A stretch of DNA of 27,677 bases, taken from positions 1-27,677 of the IMG/VR virus record IMGVR_UViG_3300020044_009142. One strand, written 5' to 3'. Below are positions 1 to 8,636 of this stretch, in pieces. The notes below the pieces were generated by a model. That model searched no databases and was not told the origin of the DNA. It worked only from the letters and a program-made list of their open reading frames with translations. This stretch comes from a virus (lineage: Duplodnaviria > Caudoviricetes). The position numbers and the translations under genes were made by a program. Positions within the stretch are counted from its first letter, which is position 1. Every line of letters starts with the position of its first letter.

Positions 1-28
1 ACTTTTGTTTTGAAACTCAGCAACGGCA

Positions 29-3000
29 GTGATCTGTGGTGGCAGTGATTTGCCAATAACCTCTCTTTGCATATCGAAGCCGGAGAAGTTCTTCCATCCG
101 CTTTCCTTTGCTTGGAGGATTAGAAAAGAAAACAAGATTGGTTATAAGTCAACGTCTTTGGGTGATACCTTTGGGAGTATCGGCGAATTGCTGTGGGACG
201 CAGGCGTTGGTCTTGGGACAATGGTGAAGGTCGGTGTTCAAAATATAACCCAGCAGGATCCAGCGTGGGTATCCTCGCGGCTCTGGCTAGAAAAGGCTAG
301 CGGCAGTATTGTTGATAAAGCAAAAGAAAGAGACATGTTTCAAAAGCAAAAAGAAAAACTTTTAAACAAGTCGAGCGTTGCCGCAACTTCATTTGTAGAA
401 AACGCGATCAAGGCATTCTCTGAAACAGGAGCAATAGTCAATTTGGGCGCAACATGGGCATTGTCTCTTCCATCCAAAATGATGGGAGATGATGTAAAAG
501 CAACTGAGATGGTTGACCTATCCCGCCAGTTTCAAGAACGACTGCAAAAGTCAAACCAAGATGCTGCAATCGGATCCACGCTGGATGCTGTTTTTCAGAC
601 TGCGATTTATGTCCCGGAAATGGCTCGCGTAAAAGCAGAAATGCCAAAGGTTGAATTTGACCAAACCATCAAGCAAACTGGTGCGGCAGGTCAGATTTTC
701 GCAGACCCATTTGAAATGGGTAAGATCACAACAGTGATGAAATTGGCAACAAAACCAATTGTACGTCGTCTCACTCTGAACGCAGAACGAGTCATTGGAA
801 AAGCATCAGAACGTGCAGCGCGACTCGCTGAGATCGGAGTTGAGATCGCAGATGTTGAGCGTGCAAAAAACATGACTCAAAATGCTGCAGAGCTAGCAAA
901 ACGGACTGCCGATGCAGCACGCGAGCGATTTGATTTGACCGGTGACCAGAATCTTCTACGCCGTGCAAATGCAGCAGAGGACATTTTCAACAGAAGCACC
1001 TTGCAGGTAGGTAGATTTACCGACGATGGCATTCGACTCGTAGATGAATCGGCACAAATCGCAGCAGAATCTCAGAAGCTAGCATCGAGGATTCCTGTCG
1101 CAGCCGCCCAGACGTTTGAGGCGGCAGCAAAAGTCGGGCGAGACCTGAAGGCAGTTCCCTTCAAAACCTTCGCGGCAATGGTCGAACCTGTTGGTCGCGG
1201 TCTCGTTACCTTGGATGACGGTCTCGACTCGGTCTCGAAAAAGCTCGGGATCGGTGCTGCATACAACCTGATGACGTCAAAAGTTGGTCAGGCAGTTGGC
1301 TACGGTGCCGCAATCGGCATGGGGCCAATTCCGGCGGCAATCGGCGTAGCAGGAACAGTCCTGAAATCTGGTCCATTTTTGCAACGCCTCGCCGACACGT
1401 CGAGGATCATGGGCACCGAGATGGCAAAGGCCCAGAGCCAGATTCCATTTTTCCAGCGGGTGGCAAATCACTCGTCTATCTCGCCGGCGCACCGATCACT
1501 GGCGCACCTGTCGGACTTGGCAACACTCGGCGGATTCCTGCCTGACATCGCTCGCAGAGGAGTCAAGGGCACAGTCTTATCCTTCCCCGCTGACTTCGCC
1601 GCCCAATACATGTCTGACGGTGGAGAGATCAATCAGGACACTTTCAAACAGGTATTCGCAGAATCTGTGCTGATCGGCGGAAGTTCTGCAGCTCTCGGCG
1701 GGATGTTTGCCGGAACCCGGCAGCGCCACAAAGAACTGGCAGTTGGCGACGAGATCAATTTCCGAAACGAAATTACAGCGCCCGACCAGAAGCGCCTCTT
1801 CACGACGGCACCAGCCGGTGTGCGCCGGGCAGTGGGCACATTCTCTGCCGTGTTCCCATCCGTTAATATCCAATTCACAGAAAGCGGTGGAGGATTCCAC
1901 GACGACAACACAATTGGGATCGACCTGAATTCGTCCAACCCTCTGAAATACCTGCTGGCGCACGAAGTGAAGCACCTGCTAGTCCACCGCAATCAGATGC
2001 ACACGCCAATCGTGGCGATGATGCTCGGCGACGGTGAAGCTGGTGGCATCATGCGCTCGCCAGACGGCACCTTGAACCCAGAATTTGAGGCATTCGCCAG
2101 AGAGTATAACGGTCGCCAAATCTCGGCAGGCCGTGCACCTGTCTCGCTTGGCAAGATCGCCGAGGAATTCTTCGTCGAGGCCGGGGTCGATGACATGGCG
2201 CGAATCGCCGAGTCCGGCGAGCTTGGTGCCATTGCCAGCCGCACCGAGGCACGACGTATGGTCGGTCGGCTTTTCAACTCCATCTTCGACAAGAGCACGG
2301 TGCTGAAGGACTTCCACCTGCGTATCGGTGGTCTAATGGATCAAGGCGGAAAACTTGTCCAAGGAAACGGTCTGCTGGATCCGGGCATCACCCAGACGCA
2401 GGAGATGCGTAACATGACCAAGAACATGCTCAGCAGGGCAGCAGGACGGTCCGTTGGCCAGTTCCAGCCACTTGGTGCGGCAAACGCCGGAAACAAAGGA
2501 GAAGGGCCGGGAATTGACCTTCCTATCAATCCGGGCGACAACGCAATGATCGAGAAGATCGGTCCGGTCGAATTCGAGATGGAAACAGTGAACGGCCAGC
2601 GCCGGGTCGTCCGCGACAGCGCCGGAAACCCAGTCCCAGTTGATTTCAACACTCAGTTGATGCGTTCGCGCACAGGTGCCTTGATCCAAGAAGCAATCGG
2701 TGCTCGCCCATCCACTTACCAGTCTTCGCCCGGCGAGATGCGGATGAATGACGAGGGCATCTGGGAGGGATACCTTCCGCCGGATGTGCTTGAATACATC
2801 AAGCAGAAAGGCTCGCTCAACCAAGAGCAGATTCGGATGATTGAACACGTCAACAAGATGATCAAAAACTTCAAGGGTGACGTCGCGCTTGTGATCAATC
2901 ACCCGGCGACCAGTCGGAACAAGAAGGGCAAGCTCAACTACAAGACGCTGAAGGCAACTCTTAGGCAGGTTGTGCCGATCTCATGGAACCTCACCAAGGA

Positions 3001-6000
3001 CGGCAACCTGACTCTCGGGCTGATGTCTGTCACCCAACTAAAGTCCAACATCGATTCTCGGATCTCGAGCAAGATGGGTCAGAAGCTGTATCAAGGGAAC
3101 CGTGCGAAACTCATGGTCGATATCGGCAAGGTGATGGAGCTGCACCAAAAGGGTCAGCGCACCGACGCCTACTTCGACGCCGAATACGGTGCCGCCAAGA
3201 GTCAGCAACACAAGAACTTCGTCAATTCGGTCTTTGGTCTGATCACCAAAAAGCAGGGCGAGGCAAACCCGATCTTTTCTGAAGAGAACCTTCGCGGCAA
3301 CAGCGTCTACAAAACCTACCGTGCCGACCGGATTAGTCAGGCGACCAAGATGACTGGCGACAAGTATCCGTTTCAATACGACTTCGTCGTCCAGAACATG
3401 ATGCCAAACGGTCTGCCGACACTGGACGATCAAGGTCGCCCGGTCAATCGCCTTCCCGAGCCTGTCGGCGAGAAAGAAGTTGCAATCCCAGCCAGTCAGG
3501 GTAAAGAAGGGCAAGTAACCAATGGACAAACAACCAAAATACAAGCTAAACCCGTCAGCGCAGGCACTGGCGGATCGGAAACCCAAGGAGGAGGACTTCG
3601 AGGACAGGGAGGACTTTCTGGAGGCACTGAGCAGCTTCAACCACTTTATAGCCCCCGTGATTCTGGCATCCCTCTCGAGGGACTCCCAGCAACAGTAAAT
3701 ATCCCCGGATTAGGCCGGGTCACGTTTGGCCCCAATGAAACGGCACGCCAAGTTGCGGCTGATTACGCCACGTCGGTGGGAATCGATTACAACCCACCGA
3801 AGCAATATGCAAAAGTGGACGAAGCTCGGGCGACGAAAATTGCTGCCGAGTATGACAAAATGCCTCATGCTCCGAATGACCCAAAAGTAAAAGCATCATA
3901 TGATGCGATGATCAAAGAGACGCTCGCCCAGTGGGAAGAAATCAAGAAGACCGGTCTTAAGGTAGAAGCTATCCCAGCGGGAGCGCCTAACCCATACGAA
4001 TCAAGCCCAAGGTTGGCAGTAATTGATGTTAATGACAATAACCACCTGTGGTTCTTCCCGACAGAAGAGGGATTCGGAACAGTAGAAACTGCTGACATCG
4101 ACATAAGTGGGAATCCGTTGATGGCACCAACTGGCGAGATACTCAATGGGCACAAGATGCTCGCTAACGACGTGTTCCGAGTCGTGCACGATTATTTCGG
4201 ACACATCAAGGAGGGAGTAGGCTTCCGTGCGGATGGAGAAGAGAATGCATGGAGATCTCACTCTGCCATGTATTCCGATCTTGCTCGCCCGGCAATGACA
4301 GCAGAAACCCGTGGGCAAAATTCGTGGGTGAACTACGGACCATACGGAGAGCACAACCGAAAAGCAAAAGGAGACACGATCTATGCGCCGCAAAAGACAG
4401 GCATTATGCCAGACTGGGTGATGAGCGAAGGTGCAGGTGATATCAACCGCCTGCCTGAGCCAGTCAAGAAAGCCAAGAAGGAAATTGTTGAGCAGGAAGA
4501 CAAAGGAATCCAAGCACCAGTAGGAGCACTTGGAGAACTCAGAAGCAATGTGGAGATCAAAAGGATCAATCTTCCAGCAGATGCCTCAAGCGTTCCTAAA
4601 TTTGTGGCAAGAGAGAACAAGGACAGCGATTGGAAGGTGATGGAAGGACCACTTAGAATTGCCAGAGGCAACTATTTTACACCACTTCCAAACATTAAAA
4701 TCAAAAAGACTGGTGAGTTTTCAGTTCAAAATCAAAACCTAGTTCAGAATGCATTCTTGGCAAAATCCCCAACTCCAACCGACAAAAATGGGTTGCCAGA
4801 CCCGAAGGGGTTGAGAGAGCAACAGAATGCAATTCGCAATACCAATGACTCACTGGAGAAAATTGGCCTAGCTGTAAAAGACATCGAAGCTGATCCTCAA
4901 AAATTTGTGGATCCAAAAGGATACGCTGAGACAATGAAGAAAGCTGGAGTCACTGGAGACGTATTGATTCCACCATCGTCATTAAGGATGATGCTGGAGG
5001 ATCCAGATGCTTTCACCGCGCTTTTGAGTGGTGGCTATCACGGTGATAAGACGGTTGATGGCATTCGTGAAGCAGCGATGTCTGGTCTTGATTCTGTTGT
5101 CGAGATGCGGAAGTTGATTGGTGGTCGTCCTCCAGATATAGTCACTGCGATTCACCACTTGTGGGGAACTCTTTCCAAGCAACTTCCACCGCTTCAACAA
5201 GAGGCACTTTGGATGCGTATGATCACCAACAAAGAGGTGATGCAACAAATCGGTGAATCCATCAATGGAACATTTGCTCAGTCTCCAGCCCAGTGGAAGG
5301 ACACCGTAAAAAAAGCAAGGATTAACACTGCAGGCAATTACGGTAAGCTCGGTAATAACGCAACGGCAAATGCCAATAGCTTCTACTTGATGCTTTACAG
5401 GCACAATGGCAAATGGGGCGAGGTTTCGGATGTTTACAAGAACGACGACGCGGTCCAAATGCGTTATGATTTCAACACCTTGGGTCATGGAGCTACTGGA
5501 ATCAAAAACAAGGTTCAGAGCTTCATTGGGTTGACGTTCGGAATCAAAGGGAACGTTCTGGATCGGTGGAGATTTGTTGACATGTATCTTGCTGATGCGA
5601 TGAAAATCACTGGAGCAAAAACTGCTCGAGACTACTTCAAATATGAAGGTAAAGGCAAAAATGTTCCTGTAGACAAAATCGGAATCTACAAAAACTACGG
5701 AACTATCGAGAACAAATCTCCGTTATTTAGTCTGGCATTGTATTCCGCAATGGATCGAGTATCTCAGGCAGCAATCAATGCATCACCATCACTCCAAACA
5801 CTTCTTGGCAATCATGCTGATCCCGGTGGATTGCACTGGCTTTCTTGGAACGCTATCAAAAATGAAGCGGTCGGTCATTCTTCACTCGACATCACAAAGA
5901 ACTTCATCAAGGATTATGCGCCAGAAGGAAAGTATGACAATTTGACAGTTGATAATTTCTTGAAATTTGTAAATTCAACTGAAGCATTTGTTGAAGGAAC

Positions 6001-6070
6001 ATCTGGGGGCGGAGAAGAAATAACTCGCCTGACCTTGAAAAATGGAATATTTAACTATACGAAAAAATGA
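29..6070 (+). CDS. Giant modular (polyvalent-type) virion/DNA-ejection protein; 5' end uncertain, probably truncated
   Basis: 2013-aa ORF. Ala-rich helical N-half with hydrophobic Gly/Ala stretches, HEVKH zincin motif (1961-1975), two NRLPEPV repeats (3446-3466, 4445-4465), an HDYFGH module and a C-terminal HhH-like module. Lies directly upstream of the packaging genes. The first ~120 nt look like inverted coding sequence, so the GTG at 29 is doubtful. Confidence 0.75.
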   Translation: MICGGSDLPITSLCISKPEKFFHPLSFAWRIRKENKIGYKSTSLGDTFGSIGELLWDAGVGLGTMVKVGVQNITQQDPAWVSSRLWLEKASGSIVDKAKERDMFQKQKEKLLNKSSVAATSFVENAIKAFSETGAIVNLGATWALSLPSKMMGDDVKATEMVDLSRQFQERLQKSNQDAAIGSTLDAVFQTAIYVPEMARVKAEMPKVEFDQTIKQTGAAGQIFADPFEMGKITTVMKLATKPIVRRLTLNAERVIGKASERAARLAEIGVEIADVERAKNMTQNAAELAKRTADAARERFDLTGDQNLLRRANAAEDIFNRSTLQVGRFTDDGIRLVDESAQIAAESQKLASRIPVAAAQTFEAAAKVGRDLKAVPFKTFAAMVEPVGRGLVTLDDGLDSVSKKLGIGAAYNLMTSKVGQAVGYGAAIGMGPIPAAIGVAGTVLKSGPFLQRLADTSRIMGTEMAKAQSQIPFFQRVANHSSISPAHRSLAHLSDLATLGGFLPDIARRGVKGTVLSFPADFAAQYMSDGGEINQDTFKQVFAESVLIGGSSAALGGMFAGTRQRHKELAVGDEINFRNEITAPDQKRLFTTAPAGVRRAVGTFSAVFPSVNIQFTESGGGFHDDNTIGIDLNSSNPLKYLLAHEVKHLLVHRNQMHTPIVAMMLGDGEAGGIMRSPDGTLNPEFEAFAREYNGRQISAGRAPVSLGKIAEEFFVEAGVDDMARIAESGELGAIASRTEARRMVGRLFNSIFDKSTVLKDFHLRIGGLMDQGGKLVQGNGLLDPGITQTQEMRNMTKNMLSRAAGRSVGQFQPLGAANAGNKGEGPGIDLPINPGDNAMIEKIGPVEFEMETVNGQRRVVRDSAGNPVPVDFNTQLMRSRTGALIQEAIGARPSTYQSSPGEMRMNDEGIWEGYLPPDVLEYIKQKGSLNQEQIRMIEHVNKMIKNFKGDVALVINHPATSRNKKGKLNYKTLKATLRQVVPISWNLTKDGNLTLGLMSVTQLKSNIDSRISSKMGQKLYQGNRAKLMVDIGKVMELHQKGQRTDAYFDAEYGAAKSQQHKNFVNSVFGLITKKQGEANPIFSEENLRGNSVYKTYRADRISQATKMTGDKYPFQYDFVVQNMMPNGLPTLDDQGRPVNRLPEPVGEKEVAIPASQGKEGQVTNGQTTKIQAKPVSAGTGGSETQGGGLRGQGGLSGGTEQLQPLYSPRDSGIPLEGLPATVNIPGLGRVTFGPNETARQVAADYATSVGIDYNPPKQYAKVDEARATKIAAEYDKMPHAPNDPKVKASYDAMIKETLAQWEEIKKTGLKVEAIPAGAPNPYESSPRLAVIDVNDNNHLWFFPTEEGFGTVETADIDISGNPLMAPTGEILNGHKMLANDVFRVVHDYFGHIKEGVGFRADGEENAWRSHSAMYSDLARPAMTAETRGQNSWVNYGPYGEHNRKAKGDTIYAPQKTGIMPDWVMSEGAGDINRLPEPVKKAKKEIVEQEDKGIQAPVGALGELRSNVEIKRINLPADASSVPKFVARENKDSDWKVMEGPLRIARGNYFTPLPNIKIKKTGEFSVQNQNLVQNAFLAKSPTPTDKNGLPDPKGLREQQNAIRNTNDSLEKIGLAVKDIEADPQKFVDPKGYAETMKKAGVTGDVLIPPSSLRMMLEDPDAFTALLSGGYHGDKTVDGIREAAMSGLDSVVEMRKLIGGRPPDIVTAIHHLWGTLSKQLPPLQQEALWMRMITNKEVMQQIGESINGTFAQSPAQWKDTVKKARINTAGNYGKLGNNATANANSFYLMLYRHNGKWGEVSDVYKNDDAVQMRYDFNTLGHGATGIKNKVQSFIGLTFGIKGNVLDRWRFVDMYLADAMKITGAKTARDYFKYEGKGKNVPVDKIGIYKNYGTIENKSPLFSLALYSAMDRVSQAAINASPSLQTLLGNHADPGGLHWLSWNAIKNEAVGHSSLDITKNFIKDYAPEGKYDNLTVDNFLKFVNSTEAFVEGTSGGGEEITRLTLKNGIFNYTKK
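3522..3698 (+). CDS. Putative nested +1-frame small protein (58 aa, MDKQPKYKLNPSAQALADRKPKEEDFEDREDFLEALSSFNHFIAPVILASLSRDSQQQ)
   Basis: ATG 3522 to TAA 3696-3698, below the ORF-track cut-off. The host frame here is a low-complexity G/T/Q linker while the +1 frame reads as a helical, charged protein. The start context AACCAATGGACA is identical to that of the - strand gene starting at 22284. Confidence 0.55.
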   Translation: MDKQPKYKLNPSAQALADRKPKEEDFEDREDFLEALSSFNHFIAPVILASLSRDSQQQ

Positions 6071-6219
6071 ATTCATTCCCCGGAGATTTTACTGACGATA
6101 TTGATGATTCTGACGATATTATCCAATTGATGCTTGAAGCTGGAGAAAGCCAGCTTGGCAGAAAATTGACAGACAAAGAAAAGAGCGATATCATTAAGTC
6201 GATTAGAAACCCGAATTAG
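6067..6219 (+). CDS. Small acidic protein (50 aa, MNSFPGDFTDDIDDSDDIIQLMLEAGESQLGRKLTDKEKSDIIKSIRNPN); candidate inhibitor/immunity protein
   Basis: ATGA overlap with the stop of the giant ORF; TAG at 6217-6219, 2 nt before the next ATG, so it fills the gap exactly. Not in the ORF track. Confidence 0.75.
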   Translation: MNSFPGDFTDDIDDSDDIIQLMLEAGESQLGRKLTDKEKSDIIKSIRNPN

Positions 6220-6221
6220 CC

Positions 6222-6779
6222 ATGCCACGCAAACTGGAACAACCACCTGACGTCGAGCCACCACCGGAGTGGTTTGACGAGGTCCGCAAACGATCCGAAG
6301 AACTTGGCATCTCGCACAAGTGCATCGAGGCATGCGCCCCCAGGACGGCAGCCACGGCGCTCTGGATGAAGGCGCAGGGAGTCTCAAACAAGCAGATCAG
6401 CAAACGCACCGGGCTGAGCTACGGTGCCATCAACGGGCTTTCATGGCGGCACGCTGACACGCTCGAAACGAAGCGGAAGGAATTCAGCCAAAAATACGCC
6501 ATTGCCGCCCAGACGTTCACCGATCTGCTGTTTGACAAGGCCGAGCAACTCGCCGAGAACCCGGAGCAATTGGTCAACATCTCGCCGGACAAGCTGGCGC
6601 TGACTGTTGGCATCATGACCGACAAGGCTGCACAACTCTCAGGCATGGCCGGGGTCGTCATCGAGCACCGCAAGGGGGCATCGATCTCCGATGCCGCCAA
6701 GGTCATCTCTGATGCTCGTGCACGCATCGCAGCCAAGCTACGCGACGGTGCAATCGATGCGGAAATCATCAACGCATGA
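6222..6779 (+). CDS. HTH protein, probable terminase small subunit
   Basis: HTH-like segment GVSNKQISKRTGLSYGAI followed by a helical region; ATGA-coupled to the large terminase. Confidence 0.6.
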   Translation: MPRKLEQPPDVEPPPEWFDEVRKRSEELGISHKCIEACAPRTAATALWMKAQGVSNKQISKRTGLSYGAINGLSWRHADTLETKRKEFSQKYAIAAQTFTDLLFDKAEQLAENPEQLVNISPDKLALTVGIMTDKAAQLSGMAGVVIEHRKGASISDAAKVISDARARIAAKLRDGAIDAEIINA

Positions 6780-8374
6780 TCTGGCGCAAGCATCCAATCC
6801 TCGAGCCTCCGACCGACGAGGAGATCGTCGAACTCGACGAGGCGACACTGGTCGAGATTCACGCGATCTACCACGAAGCAATCGAGAACGCAGAACGTGA
6901 CCCGTATCGCTTTGGATTCCGCCTGCCGCACTGGGACAAGGCCGAGGTGCAATTGGCAGACGTCACCGAGATCGTAGCACTTGGCGGCAACCGATCCGGC
7001 AAGACGCAGTGGGGTGCCTTCACCATCGTCCGGGCGGCGCTCGAGAATCCCGGGTCGGAAATTTTCTGCTTTGCTCAGACTGCCGAGGTCAGCATCCGGC
7101 AGCAGCAGAGTGCCGTCTGGGACTGGCTTCCGGCTGAGATGCGGATGAAGCAGACGACCAGCGGCACCTACATCAGCTACACCAAGAAAAACGGATTTAC
7201 CGATTCGTCGCTGATCCTGCCCAACGGCAGCCAGATCATCTTCAAGACCTACAGTCAATACCAGAACAACCCGACGATCCTAGAAGGTGCCGAGCTTGGC
7301 AGCCGCAACCCGAAATGGCACAACGTCGGCGTCTGGCTCGACGAGTATCTGCTCGGACCGGAACTGATCAACACGCTGCGGTTTCGTATCGCAACCCGGG
7401 ACGCGAAACTGCTCCTGACGTTCACCCCCATCGATGGCTACACAGAGGTCATCAAAGAGTACCTCGACGGTGCCACCACCATCGAAAGCCGAGAAGCGGA
7501 ACTGCTGAACGGAGAACTGGTGCCATACGTGCAGCGCAGCAAGAAACGCAACGCCTCGGTGCACTACTTCCACTCACAGGACAATCCATTCGGTGGCTAC
7601 CACCGCATCAAGGAGACGCTCATGGGTCGTGGCCGGGAAGAGATCCTCATCCGAGCCTACGGGGTGCCTGTGAAGTCGCACGCGACCAAATTCCCACGCT
7701 TCAACAAGGAGGTCAACGTGGTCGATCCTGAGAAGATTCCAGACAACAACGTGACGCGCTACATGGTGCTCGACCCAGCCGGATCCAAGTCGTGGTTCAT
7801 GTGTTGGATTTCAGTGGACGCTTCCGGCACCTTCTGGGTTTACCGTGAATACCCCGGCGTCGATGTCGGCGACTGGGCTGAGTGGAAGCACGGGAAATGG
7901 ATGCCGGGCGACGGTGCGAAGGGACAGGGTCTTGGCATCCGCGACTACATCGAAATCATCAAGGATCTTGAAGGCGACGAGGAAATCTTTGAGCGTCTGA
8001 TCGATCCACGCCTCGGTGCTGCCAAATACCAATCGTCCGACGGATCGTCGTCGATCATCGAGGACCTTGCAGAGCAGGACATGGTATTCATTCCGGCACC
8101 CGGTCTGGAAATTGAGGACGGGCTGCAGGCGCTGCTTTCGAAAATGTCGTGGGACACATCAAAACCAATCGACGGCATCAACCGACCTCGGTTCTACATT
8201 TCCAACGAATGCGAAAACATCATTCATGCACTCAGCGAATACACCGGAGACGGTGGGTTGAAGGAGGCGTGGAAAGATCCTATTGACGTTCTGAGATACG
8301 CTGCTATTGCTGGCATCGATCACGTTGACAGTTCAGAAATTAACGTAACAACATATGGCACAGGTGGCTACTAA
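6776..8374 (+). CDS. terL: Terminase large subunit
   Basis: Walker A GGNRSGKT, Walker B VWLDE, coupling motif LLTFTP, RNase H-like nuclease acidic motifs (VLDPAG, IDPR, KDPIDVLRY). Confidence 0.93.
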   Translation: MIWRKHPILEPPTDEEIVELDEATLVEIHAIYHEAIENAERDPYRFGFRLPHWDKAEVQLADVTEIVALGGNRSGKTQWGAFTIVRAALENPGSEIFCFAQTAEVSIRQQQSAVWDWLPAEMRMKQTTSGTYISYTKKNGFTDSSLILPNGSQIIFKTYSQYQNNPTILEGAELGSRNPKWHNVGVWLDEYLLGPELINTLRFRIATRDAKLLLTFTPIDGYTEVIKEYLDGATTIESREAELLNGELVPYVQRSKKRNASVHYFHSQDNPFGGYHRIKETLMGRGREEILIRAYGVPVKSHATKFPRFNKEVNVVDPEKIPDNNVTRYMVLDPAGSKSWFMCWISVDASGTFWVYREYPGVDVGDWAEWKHGKWMPGDGAKGQGLGIRDYIEIIKDLEGDEEIFERLIDPRLGAAKYQSSDGSSSIIEDLAEQDMVFIPAPGLEIEDGLQALLSKMSWDTSKPIDGINRPRFYISNECENIIHALSEYTGDGGLKEAWKDPIDVLRYAAIAGIDHVDSSEINVTTYGTGGY

Positions 8375-8636
8375 ACGAAAACAAGAAGCAGAAGAAATCA
8401 TCAATAGTGTCCTTAGCAAGGAACCCATTGTTGAAAATAATGTTCCAGATGGACAAGAGCAGTTCACTGTGCGAGTCACGCGACTTGCAATGAATCGCCG
8501 ATTCGTTTATGCCGTTCTCGACGGAATGCTTATCGAAGTCTTCTATCCGCGATATCGAGAGAATTCAGTTGGCCGAATCATTACTGTCGTGAAGGCAGAT
8601 GAGATCGGTGAAAAAAAATACAAATTAGTGCAATGA
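8355..8636 (+). CDS. Hypothetical protein
   Basis: 93-aa ORF overlapping the terL stop and ATGA-coupled to the portal. Confidence 0.7.
   Translation: MAQVATKRKQEAEEIINSVLSKEPIVENNVPDGQEQFTVRVTRLAMNRRFVYAVLDGMLIEVFYPRYRENSVGRIITVVKADEIGEKKYKLVQ

Noticed and set aside
438-5488. Numerous antisense and alternative-frame ORFs over the giant gene
   Set aside because: Shadow ORFs expected from codon bias, with no motifs. Only 3522-3698 was kept, because the main frame becomes low-complexity there and it has a credible start context.
6073-6409. - strand ORFs spanning the giant gene/terS junction
   Set aside because: The region is fully explained by the coupled + strand ORFs 6067-6219 and 6222-6779.
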